64,000 bases of DNA from Octopus sinensis (Eukaryota). The first letter of the stretch is position 1, and every line of letters begins with the position of its first letter. The DNA lies in assembly GCF_006345805.1 (NCBI RefSeq), contig NC_043001.1, forward strand, positions 101,680,001 through 101,744,000, written 5' to 3'. Both the position numbers and the translations under genes were made by a program. Shown in pieces: positions 52,205-64,000 of this stretch. The notes below the pieces were generated by a model. The model was not told where the DNA came from. It worked only from the letters and a program-made list of their open reading frames with translations, and searched no databases.

Positions 52205-52400
52205 TACCTCACCACATCTTGACAACCAGTGTTGGTGTATTCCTGTCTCCTTGACTTAGTGGTTCAGCAGAAGAGATTAATGGAACAAGAGCCAGGCTTT
52301 AAGTATATAGGTAGTGGAGTCGATTCATTAGACTGAAATTTCTTCAAAGCAGTGCACCAGCATGGCCACAGTCTATAGACTGAAACAAGAAAAAGATAAA
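52005..52400 (+). mobile_element. SINE family A (diverged, full length)
   Basis: Head tggctttgtggtaag..ggttcagtcccactgcgtggcacc, internal (TG)n, tail ccagcatggccacagtc..gactgaaacaag. Confidence 0.85.
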
Positions 52401-52964
52401 GATATCTCTGCTCATAGATTCTGAATTCTTCATGACGTGCTGCTTTATTTCTTGTATGTTCCACACAGTCAAAATACCATTTGCAGCCAATCTTTGCCAT
52501 TGTTGCTCTGCGTATCATTCAAAACAGCCCCCAGGTTATTTGCAGGTCTGTGAAATATGCAGGATCTTTTAACAGGAACATTTTCTACCTGTATAACAAT
52601 CCTAATTGAAGAAAGATGTGTAGGAGGATGTTCAAAGGTGACAGAGACCATATTGGATGGAGAGAAGGAAGAGTGGTTGCAATTTAGTGAGTGAGAGCAG
52701 AGATTTCTTTTTCATTTTTTTTTTGTAGTTTTCTAACTGATGTGACATTTCACTTTAAGAATTTCAGCTCACGTTTTAAGATGAGATATTTGATGTCTTT
52801 GGATATTAGCAGTGACAACAATGGTTCAACTTGACCATTCTTAATAGAATATTAATGTGCAATTAGACAAAAGAATAGACAGTGAGTCATGTTAGGTGTT
52901 GCATAAATGGATAGACTTCGTTTGGGACAAATGGGACTTAATGATCAAAAGTTAATTATGAATG

Positions 52965-53425
52965 ATATTTATTTCTTTATTGCCCATAGGCGGCTAAACA
53001 TAGAGGGGACAGACAAGGACAAAGAAAGAGATTAAGTCGATTACATCTTAACTGTGTAACTGGTACTTGTTTAATTGAGCCAAAAGGATGAAAGGCAAAG
53101 TCGACCTCAGCAGAATTTGAACTCAGAATGTAAAGACAGACGAAATACCGATAAGCAATTCGCCCAGCGTGCTAACAATTCTGCCAGCTCGCTTCCTTAA
53201 GTAATATAATCTTTACTGTTCTAAGCACAAGGCCCGAAATTTTTGGGGAGGGGACCAGTCGATTAGATAAATCCCAGTGCGTAGCTGGTTCTTAATTTAT
53301 CGACTCCAAAAGGATGAAAGCAAAGTCGACCTCGGTGGAATTTGAACTCAAAACCTAACGGCAGACAAAATATGGGTAAGAATTTCACGCAGAGTTCTAA
53401 CAATTCTGCCAGCTCACTGCCTTTA
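52965..53425 (-). mobile_element. Two adjacent SINE family B copies
   Basis: Each ends (on the + strand) in ..gctaacaattctgccagctc; ggcaaagtcgacctc..atttgaactc occurs at ~53095 and ~53320. Further family B relics at ~47805, ~49112, ~50280 and ~54790. Confidence 0.85.
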
Positions 53426-53434
53426 ATAATATTC

Positions 53435-53900
53435 TGTTTTGATGTTTGGTGAAAACAAGTCTCCTCAAATCTCAAGAATCCTTCTGAGGTTTCTTGCAGA
53501 ATATAGGACAGTACTTTTCTGCAGGTTGACAATACGAGTTTCAACTCTAACCTCTTTCAGTCTTTTAAGTTGCATTTTGGATGTTGTGCCAAATGCACCA
53601 ATTACTACAGGAATAATTGTTATCCTGGTCTTCCACAGTCTACTCAGTTCTCAGGCTAAATCCTGATATTTGTCGAATTCTTCAATTACTTTAGTATTGA
53701 CTCTGCTATCATAAGGAATTGTAAAACCTATGATCTTTCACGGTTTGCTTATTTCATCCTCTTTGATCTTCAAAAGCAATTCTTGCTTTGGTCAGTCTTT
53801 ATGAGGAAATCCCACAAGAAATTCTATGTCTTTGGACTTGTATGAACCTCATTCCTTGTAATCACTTTCATTAATTTTATTAACACCTCTTTATGTTTGG
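53435..53900 (-). mobile_element. 3' end of a third RLE-type (R4-like) LINE
   Basis: Minus strand: FLWDFLIKTDQ.. then KIIGFTIPYDSRVNTKVIEEFDKYQDLA*ELSRLWKTRITIIPVVIGAFG..LQKSTVLYSARNLRRILEI*. Confidence 0.88.
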
Positions 53901-54250
53901 CTTTTTTCTGAATCTTTACTTCTCAAAATATGATGTAATATGGTTGGGTCTCACATATAATATACAGTTGGTTGCAAAACTCTGATCAACTACTATTATC
54001 CAAGCAATTAGTAGAGAAAATCTCCCAGTGCTAAAACAACATACCACAGAAATAACTCCGATAAGAATAATTTAGCAAAATTTTAGGCAACACAAATAGT
54101 TTGAACAGTTTCAATCTTTAAAGCCAAATCATGAAATCAATGGATATGTTCCTTTATTATTTAACCTCATCAGCAAAGTATGTTTTATTGAGCTGAAAAG
54201 ACTTAGAATGATCAGTATATAGAAATAGAGCAGACTCAGTGATTCATGCA

Positions 54251-54720
54251 GTTCTATGGGATGAGGAATTATGAACATTATTTACATTTGACGGATATTT
54301 GTCCTCATCTTGTTTGTTGTTAACACAACGTTTCGGCTGTCTTGGGGAAATTTCAAACCTAGGTTCTCATTCCTAAGGTATTTTTCGATGTTGTTGTTAT
54401 TGTTATTATTTCTATTCAGGTCACTGCCATATGCCAATGGGAATATGGTGTAGTGGTTAAGAGCGCGGGCTACTAACCCCAAGATTCCAAGTTTGATTCC
54501 AAGCAGTGACCTGAATTATAATAATAATGATGATGATGATGATGATGATAATGATAATAACAACATCGAAAAATACCTTAGGAATGAGAACCCAGGTTCA
54601 AAATTTCCCCAAGACACTTGATGGAGGCTGGAGGGTATATCAGCCAAAACGTTGTGTTAACAACAAACAAGATGAGGACAAATATCCGTCAATTGTAAAT
54701 AATGTGAATAATGTAAATAG
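54251..54720. mobile_element. Second head-to-head tRNA/HHR palindromic element (left arm internally deleted)
   Basis: Centre gccatatgccaatgggaatatgg (~54427-54449). Same tRNA-like head, (AAT)n, HHR-like region and tail as 11207-11769. Confidence 0.85.
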
Positions 54721-54866
54721 TGATTCAGTTCTGAATATCAACTTAATGATTGAGTAGAAGTACTTTAGGGGTGCATTCTATTAATTGGCTTAAAATTTGG
54801 TGCAACACCAGCAGTTTTGAGGAGGGATAAATTGATTACATCAGCCCCAGTACTCAACTGGTGCTC

Positions 54867-54905
<39 letters not shown>

Positions 54906-55224
54906 CCTTTCTAAAATAATCCTGAAATTTTAAGTCAATTATGTCGTCCTAAGTGCATAACTGGTACTTATTTTATCGACCCTGAAATGTTGAAAGGCAA
55001 AGTTAACCTTAGTGGAATTTTAACTCAGAACATAAAGATGGATGAAATGCCACAAGGTTAAATAAAAGAATTGGGAAACGTTGGTCACCTAAGGTTACTC
55101 AAGCAATTATTAATAGACAAAATTTCCTTTATGATGTGTTTACCGTCTAAAAGAAGAAACAAGGAAGATAAATCAAATGAGAGCAATTAATAAACCTCTG
55201 TTAACAGTTTGGGCCAGTGGTTGT

Positions 55225-55428
55225 CTCTCTTTTTAATATCAGGCCCAGATCCAAGACCTGGGATTTTAATGGTGTTGGTGAAGCTATACCGAAAAATCTA
55301 AAACACAAGTCGAAGACAAATTCAATATATTTATAGAGGGGAGACTGTCAGTGGGGTGTGGCAGAAAAATGATTGAGGGCCACATGTGGCCCTGGTAGCC
55401 ACGTTTGCGAACTGCTGGTAGAGACAAT
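55225..55428. mobile_element. Possible degenerate hAT-type MITE
   Basis: Starts cagtggttgtc, ends gagggccacatgtggccc..ccacgtttgcgaactgctg. The GGGCCRCATGTGGCCC subterminal palindrome is typical of hAT/Charlie-type MITEs. Confidence 0.35.
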
Positions 55429-55859
55429 ACAAAATGAAGAGGCTGTGCTTTTTAAGGCCAACTGGTGATAGTAAAAGTCATATTTTGGTCTTATTAAACT
55501 TCTTCAGCTTCACATATTCTCTTTGGTGAGTTTTATTGTCCTAAGTTGTATGCACAGCTGTCCCCCAGGAATATTTCATCAGCCATATTGTAATAAGGCT
55601 GGTTACAAATCATCTTTACTCTGGTTTTGATGTTCTTAAAGACAATATGGGAATTTCTTCTTATGAATAAATGCAGTGAGATATTCTGTAAAAATATCCC
55701 AGCATCAGAGCAGGGGAAGAGGATGAGCAGAATCCCAAAGGAATTTCGAGGAATATAAATTTATAAGTATGATGTACTGAAGAGTGAGGAAATGAGAATT
55801 TCAGCATCTCAAACAAGATGCTGCTTGTTCATCAGAAAATATCTCTCACAACAACCATC

Positions 55860-56027
55860 GCCACCTGCCTCCACCACCACCACCACTTCTTATTTCATCG
55901 TCTTTATCATCATTAATGCAGTAACTGCCATCATCAGCACTGCCACCAGCATCACCAGCATCGTCACATCAACATCATCGCTATTATCATCGTTATTACC
56001 ACCATCATCGTCACCACCATCATCATC

Positions 56028-56059
<32 letters not shown>

Positions 56060-56122
56060 CATCATCATCACCATCGTCATCGTCGTCATCATCGTCATCA
56101 TCATCATCACCACTAACACCAG

Positions 56123-56154
<32 letters not shown>

Positions 56155-56240
56155 TCATCATCATTGTCGTCATCTTTGTCATCATCACCATTGTCATCCC
56201 CACCATCACCATCATCCCCACCACCACCATCATCGCCGCC

Positions 56241-56322
<82 letters not shown>

Positions 56323-56470
56323 GTGCACTATTTATTCCCAAGGAGTAGTCATTTCCCTTTTGCACCCAACACTACACACATTGTCACACAACTCCCTCAA
56401 CCACCCCCTGACATCTATAAATGCTACTCCCTCCATTGACCCACCACCACCACCACTACCATTATTAATC
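55860..56470. repeat. Degenerate (CAT)n/(CAC)n trinucleotide field
   Basis: Visible directly. Similar fields at 28690-28900, 34610-34900, 51355-51655 and 62700-64000. Confidence 0.9.
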
Positions 56471-56729
56471 CCACCATGGCCACCACCCACACAACAGCTA
56501 CGACCGTCTTGGCCGTCACCAATAACCACCAAGAAATGTGACAAACAAAACTGTTCACCAATACGCACTCACACACAAGATCATGGCTTAACTGGCCGGT
56601 CGAAACTTCGAAGTCACTGTCAACAATATTCTTGCTTAAGAATAATACATTTTTACTCTACAAAAGTATAGAAGAAGAAGCCATGTGAAATTGTTTTTAT
56701 TACAACTGAACATAAAAGACAAGCATTAC

Positions 56730-57430
56730 CATATGTATGTATGTATGTATGTATGTGTGTATGTGTGTGTGTATGTGTGTATGTATGTATGTATGTATGT
56801 ATGTATGTATGTATGTATGTATGTATGTATGTATGTGTGTGTGTGTATGTATGTATGTATGTATGTATGTATGTATGTATGTATGCATGTATGCATGTAT
56901 GTATGCATGTATGTATGTAGGTATGTATGTATGTATGTATGTATGCATAAGTGTGTGTATGTATGCATGAGCGTGTGTATGTATGTATGTATGTATGTAT
57001 GTATGTATGTATGTATGTATGTATGTATGTATGCATGTATGTATGCATGTGTATATGTATGCATACATGTGTGTATGTATGTATGTATGCATGCATGTAT
57101 GTGTGTATGTATGTATGTATACATGTATGTAGGTATGTATGTATGTATGTATGTATGTATGCATGAGCGTGTGTATGTATGTATGTATGTATGTATGCAT
57201 GAGCGTGTGTATGTATGTATGTATGTATGTATGTATGTATGCATGCATGCATGCATGTATTTATACACACACATATCTATACAAACATGTATACACTTGT
57301 ATATATACATATATATGTGTGTGATGTTAAACAATGATGATGATGATGTATATATATGTTGGAGCAGTATGTGTGTATATATATATATGTGTGTGTGTAT
57401 GTGTGTGTGTGTGTATGTGTGTGTGTGTGC
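56730..57430. repeat. Long (TATG)n tetranucleotide microsatellite
   Basis: Visible directly; source of the MYVC and HTYI ORFs. Confidence 0.95.
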
Positions 57431-58291
57431 GTATACATGTTTGCTTGAAGAAATATGACAAGGGAAATTGTTCAATTAATGAATAGATATTTCACACACA
57501 CACACACACACACACACAAGCATGTGTGTGTTTGAAGCCAGCATCCATGAGAAAGTGGAAGCTGAGGCATTCAGAGGAATGTCTCCAAGACACAATGTGG
57601 TTACTGTTCTCTCTGTAGAGACCGGAAAACTTATCAAGATCCACCAGTTGATAAGTCTACAATGGAATAAGGAAAGTGATAAGAATCTGGTGCCAAGAAT
57701 TTTCCAGAATAGTTCCACCTCCCCTCTACAAGCCATGAGAAAGCCCTTACATGGTTAAACTTCCTCTGAGGGAAGGTTTCTAAGTAAATTTGAGAGACAG
57801 AATCTTTTCAATGGCCATCATGTATGTGTGGGTGTGTGGAGGGTGTACGGGGGTGTGCATATGTGCGTATGTGTGTAAGCAAGTATACGTGTCTGTGGGA
57901 ATGTTTATATTCTGCGCATCCAGAAGCAAATGGAATGAAAACTTCTTTAATTGTAAAACACATAAATATTACTGAAAACGAAAATGCATTTCTCTGTGAA
58001 AATAATGTCTCAAGAATTCGAGAATATCGTTTTATTTAACGTATGCAAGGATGGAAAATCAGATGTAAAATGACTGAGCGAATATATCTGAAGCCAGATC
58101 ACTACGGGTGGTTTCGGACATGCCAGGCGAGAAACCATCACTGTGATCAGCTATAGCTCCATTCTCACCGTTAATTCTTTCATTATTGTGTTGCATCATG
58201 ATTTCATGAATCGTTCGTGGGATTCACATGGGAGTTTTATTGAAATCCCATCTCTCACTTCCTCTCCTTATTTATACATACACGTGCACAT

Positions 58292-58535
58292 CATCATCAT
58301 CATCATCGTCGTCGTTTAATGTCCACTTTCCATGCTGGCATGGGTTGGACAGTTTGACTGAGGACTGGCGAGCCAGATGGCTGCACAAGGCTCCAATCTG
58401 ATCTGGCAAAGTTTCTACAGCTGGATGTCCTTCCTAATGTCAGCCACTCTGAGAGTGTAGTGGGTGCTTTTACATGCCACTGGCATGAGGGCCTCTCAGG
58501 CAGTTCTGGCAATGACCATGCTCAAATGTATTTTT
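58292..58535 (-). mobile_element. RTE 3' UTR fragment
   Basis: (cat)n-gtttaatgtccactttccatgctggcatgggttggac..ctacagctggatgtccttcctaatg..gtagtgggtgcttttac. Confidence 0.8.
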
Positions 58536-58905
58536 CACATGTATGTATATACACATTTATTATAAATAAATAAATATATGTACACACACACACACACATA
58601 CATATATATATATAAATAAATAACGTGCTTGCATTGTGTCGCCTCCATAACCACAGTGATTATCAACATCGTTCTACCTATAGTGTTTAAAAATATCAAT
58701 AATATGTGTCCCCGGATATTGCAACAGGTCTTCATCACTATTTATCAAATACTCAGCAAGCATTCTCCTTTCACTCTTTATACAATGGTTTATACTAATT
58801 AGTCCTCTGTCACCATTCTTTCTTTTCTATTATCTAAAACAGCTTGATTCAGCTCCATGTGACTTTACGTTCTCTAATCTTCTAGCAGAAACCCTTCTCT
58901 TTCAG

Positions 58906-59011
58906 GCTTAGAGTACCAAATGAAGAGGCACAAGAAGTCGAAATTGGCTACTGGAAAAACAGGCTGCTGTTGGTCAAAGCAGGTCATCAGTGTAGGAGGT
59001 GGTCAAGCCTT
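58906..59011 (+). CDS. Candidate internal exon (unidentified), e.g. LRVPNEEAQEVEIGYWKNRLLLVKAGHQCRRWSSL
   Basis: Acceptor acccttctctttcag, donor CTT|gtatgt; 106 nt with two open frames. No homology recognised. Confidence 0.25.
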
Positions 59012-59094
59012 GTATGTGTGAATAAGTATCAGTTAACAATTGAAATTTTATGGTTTTATGTAACTTTCTAAGTTATATTAAAGATAAATTTTTA

Positions 59095-59325
59095 AGCGGC
59101 GAGCTGGCAGAAACGTAGCACACCGGGCGAAATGCTTAGCAGTATTTCGTCTGTCTTTATGTTCTGAGTTCAAATTTCCCCAAGGTCAACTTTGCCTTTC
59201 ATTCTTTCGGGGTCAATAAATTACATACCAGTTGCATACTGGGGTCGATCTAATCAACTTAATCCCATTGTCTGTCCTTGATTGTCCCCTCTATGTTTAG
59301 CCCCCCCCTGTGGGCAATAAAGAAA
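59095..59325 (+). mobile_element. SINE family B
   Basis: gcggcgagctggcagaaacgtagcacaccgggcgaaatgcttagc..gagttcaaattt. Confidence 0.85.
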
Positions 59326-59928
59326 TATATATAATTTTCTAAACATACATTCTTCATGTTTTACAGGAACTTGTTGAATTAACCTGATGGTGACCGTTTA
59401 CAACCAAATGGATGGTGGCGCTATTCAAATCTAAAAGTAACATTTTTCACACAACTACAGCCTGTAGCAGCTAACGGAATGTGATCAACAGTGATTGCAT
59501 ACCTATATATATATATGTATATATATATATACAAATGATGTGTGTGTGGGCATGTGTATGTATGTATGTGTGTATGTGCATGTATATGTACATGTGTGTG
59601 TATGTGTGAATATGCATATGTTGAAAATTGACATTTGAAGTGTAATATGAATTTTTTAATGTGAAATTTCTTGTAGCATTTCTGTAAGTTTTTCATTTCA
59701 TTATTAAGTTTATTGATAGAGTCTAGACAGTGGTAAATAGTTTTAATGTTGAGAACTACTCGCATAGTGACAACAACAACAACAACAACAACAACAACAT
59801 CAAAAACAGCAAATAGCATTCAGAATATTTTTAAAAATTTAAGAAAATCACCAAAAATACAAACTTACATTTTGACACGCACAAAACACAAATACAAACA
59901 CGGAGAGAAACATAAACACACACACAGG

Positions 59929-59964
<36 letters not shown>

Positions 59965-60318
59965 AATCACTGTACATGACACTTTTATGTTCTTTAGAAA
60001 TCTAAAAATTCCACCCAGGGCAGCCAAAGAAGAAAAAGGTGTGGAACAGTAACATAAAAAGAACGAAGAAGACGATAATGTAAAGTGCATAATGAGCATC
60101 GTAATTGAATGGATGCATTTGTGTGTGCGTGTGTGTGTGTGTGTGCATGTGTATCTTGGAGTGTGTGTATATGTGTGCGTGAGTCTATGCATGTGTAAGT
60201 GTATATGTGTCTAGGTGTGTGTGAATGCCAATGTCCAAGATTAAAGGAAGTTAAAAACAGTTAAACCAAGGAAAAATAAATATTTAAAAATATATATATG
60301 CACACTCACACACACTCA

Positions 60319-60356
<38 letters not shown>

Positions 60357-60589
60357 CACACAAACATACACACACACACGCACAGTCGTGTGTGTTGTTT
60401 TGATGTAGTTTGATCTCATTGGTTGATACCTTGAGCAAGTGACTTTTTTCTTTAAGCTCAGATTGACCAAGTCCACCTGAGTGTTTGCATCTTTGGCATG
60501 TCTTCTAAACGAAGATTGGTTACAATCCTCTTCATAAGCTTGCCTTGCCAATTTTGAGTTGTTTGTTGCTTGAAGGAAATATTATTTAC

Positions 60590-61328
60590 CTTTAAAACAA
60601 TGGTGTATGGGTCGATCTTCACTGGACGATACCTCAACTTCAATTCCTACCATCCATACAGTGTAAAGAGAGGGATTGCTCAGTGCCTAAAACATTGAGC
60701 AAAGAATATAAGTAGCGATCGTAATAAACCCACAAAGAAATGATCAAGCTCAGTAACAATCTATTAAGCAACAACTACCCCAAAAACATAGTGTCTACTC
60801 CAATTATGAAGGAAAGAGAAGATGAAACCGATAAACTGTCCACAGTCTGTCTGACCTATGTGAAAGGCCACTCTGAAAAGATACAAAAGATATGCGGCCC
60901 ATATGACATCAGGACAGTATTCAAGAGTAATACAACATTTCACAAATACCTCCTTTGGGTAAAACCATCAATAGAAGAGAATATGACCAAAACTGAGTGT
61001 ACTCCATCCCATGCAGCTGTGCTAGGTTATACAAAGGTGAAACCTACCATCCCTACAAAATAAGGGTAAAGGAACACCGCAAAGCTGTGACACGGAGAGA
61101 TATAGATAAATCAGGTATAGCTGATCATGTATGGAAAAATGGAAACCACCTCTCCCCGTGGGGTGAAGTTAAAATAATAGAGAGAGAGAATACCACTGGA
61201 AAATATGAAGACTAAAAGAAGCAGCACATATGCTAGGACACAACAACCTCCTAAACAGACCGAGTGCAGATACGAATAGCATATGGGAACCGGTATTAAG
61301 GAAGGACAGGAGAATATTAGATTTATAA
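60590..61328 (+). mobile_element. Penelope-like element 3' fragment: RT thumb plus GIY-YIG endonuclease (pseudogene)
   Basis: VYGSIFTGRYLNFNSYHPYSVKRGIAQCL..LLSNNYPKN; LTYVKGHSEKIQKI..DIRTVFKS; YSIPCSCARLYKGET..IRVKEHRKAV..KSGIADHVW..WGEVKII..KEAAHM..IWEPVL. Frameshifts and stops are present; final stop at 61326-61328. Confidence 0.92.
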
Positions 61329-61350
61329 GCCCTAAAATTCACTCTATAAC

Positions 61351-61429
61351 TGCCCACAGGCATATGGCATAGTGGTTAAGAGCACAGGCCAGTGACTCCA
61401 AGATTCTGAGTTTGATTCCAGGCAGTGAC
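61351..61429 (+). promoter_or_regulatory. Small hairpin plus tRNA-like Pol III type-2 promoter directly downstream of the PLE ORF
   Basis: tgcccacaggca hairpin, A box tggcatagtgg, B box gagtttgattcc. Same head as the palindromic elements at 11.5 kb and 54.5 kb; truncated after ggcagtgac. Confidence 0.75.
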
Positions 61430-62097
61430 ACACACACTCTCATACATATATATACATGATGGCTGCAACTCTATTTCAAGCAATACCATCACTTAAGTGT
61501 TCTCTGAAACATGAATAGCACAGATATAGCTTTTAAATCCCACTAGGGACCTACACTCTTTATCATTGATGGGGTAATGATGGGAACCTCTTTCAGCAGG
61601 TGTTCATGGAGCACACCACCAATGCTGGAATTTTACAATGAATGTTTTTTGATTTCATTGGCTTCAATCAACTATAGAATGCAACACATTATAAAGATGC
61701 TGAAAGTCAAATGATGTTTTTGCTTGGAAATTTTCAAAGTGAGGGCAGGCCTTGCGCTAAGCTGATACCACTCTCTGGATAATGTATGTGTTTGGCCAAA
61801 AAGAAAAACTAGTCCATACCACTGGAGGCAAATAATGTCACAGCTCAAATATCAGAGTTTTTGATCTCTTAGAGAGATAGCCGTATTCAGACTAGGGGTC
61901 TCTCACTCCTCGCCATTTGATAGCCATTGATGTTACTCAGTTGTCTACCCTTTGATAGGGTTTGATATTCGTCCTGCAGGGTGTCCCAAAAGAATCCCCA
62001 TTCCTTACTAAGTTGGCTTGGTGGGTTTACCAATTAAGTTACTATCATCCAGACGAAGTGACCGGTGGTACTGGGTTACATGTACCAATATATATAA

Positions 62098-62146
<49 letters not shown>

Positions 62147-62400
62147 AAATACATATATATATATTCACACACATACACACACACACATATACAAATATGT
62201 ATGTATAAATGTGTACGTACATATATATGCATATATATATGTATATGTATGTATGTGTATATATATATATATATATATATACTTATACACATATATATAT
62301 GTATACATATATATATATATATGTGTGTGTGTGCATGTATATGTCTATATCTATATCCATATCTATATATCATCATCATCATCATTTAACGTCCATCTTC

Positions 62401-62438
<38 letters not shown>

Positions 62439-62699
62439 TATATATATATACACATATATATGTATGTACACATACACACACACACACACACATATATATA
62501 TACATATATATATACATCAGGCCAGACAGTCAGAGAGGTGGGTGTGGGCGGGCCCCCTCCACTCCGCAGACAGAGTTGCTGTAAGTGTAATGAAATCAAC
62601 TGAAGTAAAAAGTAAATTTAAGAAATTTCCATTCTTTCGATTACGGTTGTTGTTGCTTTTGTTGTTGTTTTGATTATAGTTGTAGCAGTGTTGCTTACG

Positions 62700-62713
62700 A
62701 CTGTGCTGCTGCT

Positions 62714-62745
<32 letters not shown>

Positions 62746-63287
62746 AAGTATTGTTTATTGTCAATAATGAGAACAAATATCAGTATCAAAACATAAATCA
62801 GTTTTGATGGTGAAAAACAAAACCCATAGAAAAGAGGATATTACAGAGAGAACTTACTAAATAATGTTTCATACGTTGCTGCTGTTGTTGTTGTTGTTGT
62901 TGTTGTTGTTAGTTCTGGTTCTTTTTTTTCTTTTTTGGTTTTCTCTCCTTTCACTGTTGTTATGGTGTTATGATGATGATTATGAGAACGATGATGATGA
63001 TGGTGATGATGATAGTGGTTGGTTGTGGTGGTGGTGGTGGTGGTGATGGTGGTGTTGGTAATGATGGTGATAGTGATAATGACGGTGATGATGATGATGA
63101 TGATGCTGATGATAGTGGTGGTTGTGGTGGTGGTGGTGGTGGTGGTAGTGGTGCTAATGATGGTGATGTTGTTATATTTGTCATAGTTAGTGTTACAATG
63201 ATTGCCATTATTATTATTGTTGTTGCTGTTGTTGCTTCTGCTGCTGGTTCTTTTTTGTTTTTTGCTGTTTTTTTTTTAAATTTAATA

Positions 63288-63327
<40 letters not shown>

Positions 63328-63716
63328 CGTTATTTTTTGTGTTTGTTGCTTTTGCTTCTGTTTCCACCATTGATGGTGAAACAACAACCTCCAGGATCCT
63401 ATCGGTGGTGGTGATGGTTGTGGTGGAGGTTGGTTGCTGACTTTGTCGCTGTTGTCGTCATGGTGACAATTGTAACAATGACAACATTGATGAGGACGGT
63501 GAGGAAGAGGAGGATGCTGATGATGATGATGACGATCTTGGTGGTGGTGATGATGATGACAATGACGACAACAACAGCAATGACATCGACGATGATGATG
63601 ATGACACTGTGAGTATGAGGGTGCGGATGAAGCGTGTTGTGTTGGCAAGTTGAGGATGATGATCATGATCATGGTAATTATAGCAACAGCAATGATGACG
63701 ACGATGAGGATGATGA

Positions 63717-63748
<32 letters not shown>

Positions 63749-63769
63749 ATGGTGGTGTGATGATTGATG

Positions 63770-63801
<32 letters not shown>

Positions 63802-64000
63802 GGTGGTGGTGGTGGTGGTGGTGGTGGTGGTGGTGGTGATGACGGTAACGACGATGATGATGATGATGATGACAACGATGATGATGACGACGACGATGAG
63901 GATGCTGATGATGATGGTGGTAATGATGATGACAATGATGACGACGACAATGAGGAGGAGGAGGAGGAGGATAGTAATAGTTGCAGTGATGCTGATGATA
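62700..64000. repeat. Mixed (GAT)n/(GGT)n/(GTT)n trinucleotide field
   Basis: Visible directly. Confidence 0.9.

Overview
AT-rich, microsatellite-dense eukaryotic DNA. The SINE, RTE and mariner complement looks like a coleoid cephalopod (Octopus-type) intron or intergenic region; this is inferred from repeat style and not verified. No host gene could be identified with confidence. A few isolated stretches with good splice sites are listed as low-confidence candidate exons, and most long ORFs in the supplied track are microsatellite translations. The window is a stack of mobile-element relics: four mariner (D,D34D-type) elements, one near-complete RT region of a 5'-truncated RTE LINE plus many 3' fragments, three restriction-like-endonuclease (R4/NeSL-type) LINE fragments, two Helentron/DINE-like elements, three tRNA-headed SINE families and one Penelope-like element (PLE) with a GIY-YIG domain. 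The most interesting signal is a set of type-I hammerhead ribozyme (HHR) motifs in about five unrelated short repeat families, several arranged as fold-back palindromes. One family joins a tRNA-Ser-like Pol III head to an (AAT)n spacer and an HHR. It occurs twice as a head-to-head palindrome centred on the same small hairpin, and that hairpin plus tRNA head sits about 22 bp after the stop codon of the PLE ORF. This suggests a Penelope element whose terminal repeat carries a tRNA promoter and a ribozyme and spawns snap-back palindromic non-autonomous copies. One HHR (37423-37535, minus strand) has a fully conserved catalytic core. Coordinates of degenerate repeats are approximate (about +/-10-20 bp).
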